Shown here: piece after piece, positions 63,663 to 64,000 of the stretch
How positions within the stretch are numbered: position 1 is the first letter of the stretch
Layout of the letters: every line of letters starts with the position of its first letter
NCBI RefSeq assembly: GCF_006345805.1
Contig: NC_043000.1
Span: forward strand, 155,868,001 to 155,932,000
From: Octopus sinensis
Taxonomy: Eukaryota
Reading direction: 5' to 3'
DNA length: 64,000 bases
Notes under the pieces: model-generated
Seen by the model: the letters and a program-made list of their open reading frames with translations, nothing else
Told to the model about the DNA's origin: nothing
Database searches by the model: none
Made by a program: the position numbers and the translations under genes

Positions 63663-64000
63663 CCTATATGTAGATCAGTTTAATATATAAATTCTTATAT
63701 CTTTTAATCAGCTGTCCTTTTGTGGGTTATAAATCTTTTTTTTTTCAGTTTTTTTTTTTTTTTGTCTTTTTTTAACTTAGACCGGTGGGTTTTCTGCATT
63801 ATTGCTTTTTGAACTTTAGACTTGTGGGTCTTTCGTAACTTTCAATTCCTTTCTGTTTCCCTTCTCTCCTAGTTAGTTTCAGGGAGATTTGCACACAATC
63901 TTTCATAACATTTTATAAGCTACACTAAATTTCTTAATTTGTAGTTGATATGTAGGTTTGTTGCACACATGCAACAAATAGGCGCAGGAGTGGCTGTGTG

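Overview
AT-rich, repeat-dense animal DNA. The SINE/LINE/MITE families look like those of an octopus (coleoid cephalopod); this is recalled from family appearance, not searched. The window lies inside one large minus-strand gene, a VPS13B (COH1) orthologue. I reconstructed 21 consecutive internal GT-AG exons (62521 down to 4130; 4035 nt, 1345 codons). Splice phases are compatible and the frame stays open, and the peptide motifs match human VPS13B as I recall it. Both gene ends lie outside the window. The introns contain tRNA-derived SINEs (at least 3 families), RTE, CR1 and R4/Dong-like LINE fragments, mariner/Tc1 and piggyBac-type MITEs, Helitron-like elements and microsatellites. Nearly all other ORF-track entries are repeat-derived. 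Best second-look items: (1) a minimal type I hammerhead-ribozyme fold with a variant core (UCGAUGA) at the tip of a ~147-nt rod at 30979-31125; (2) a tandemly amplified H-type pseudoknot motif in the RTE 3' UTR, expanded into a ~2.7 kb higher-order array at 48380-51060; (3) a decayed partial copy of a VPS13B exon; (4) several perfect hairpins and inverted repeats flanking exons (dsRNA, A-to-I editing or circRNA candidates).
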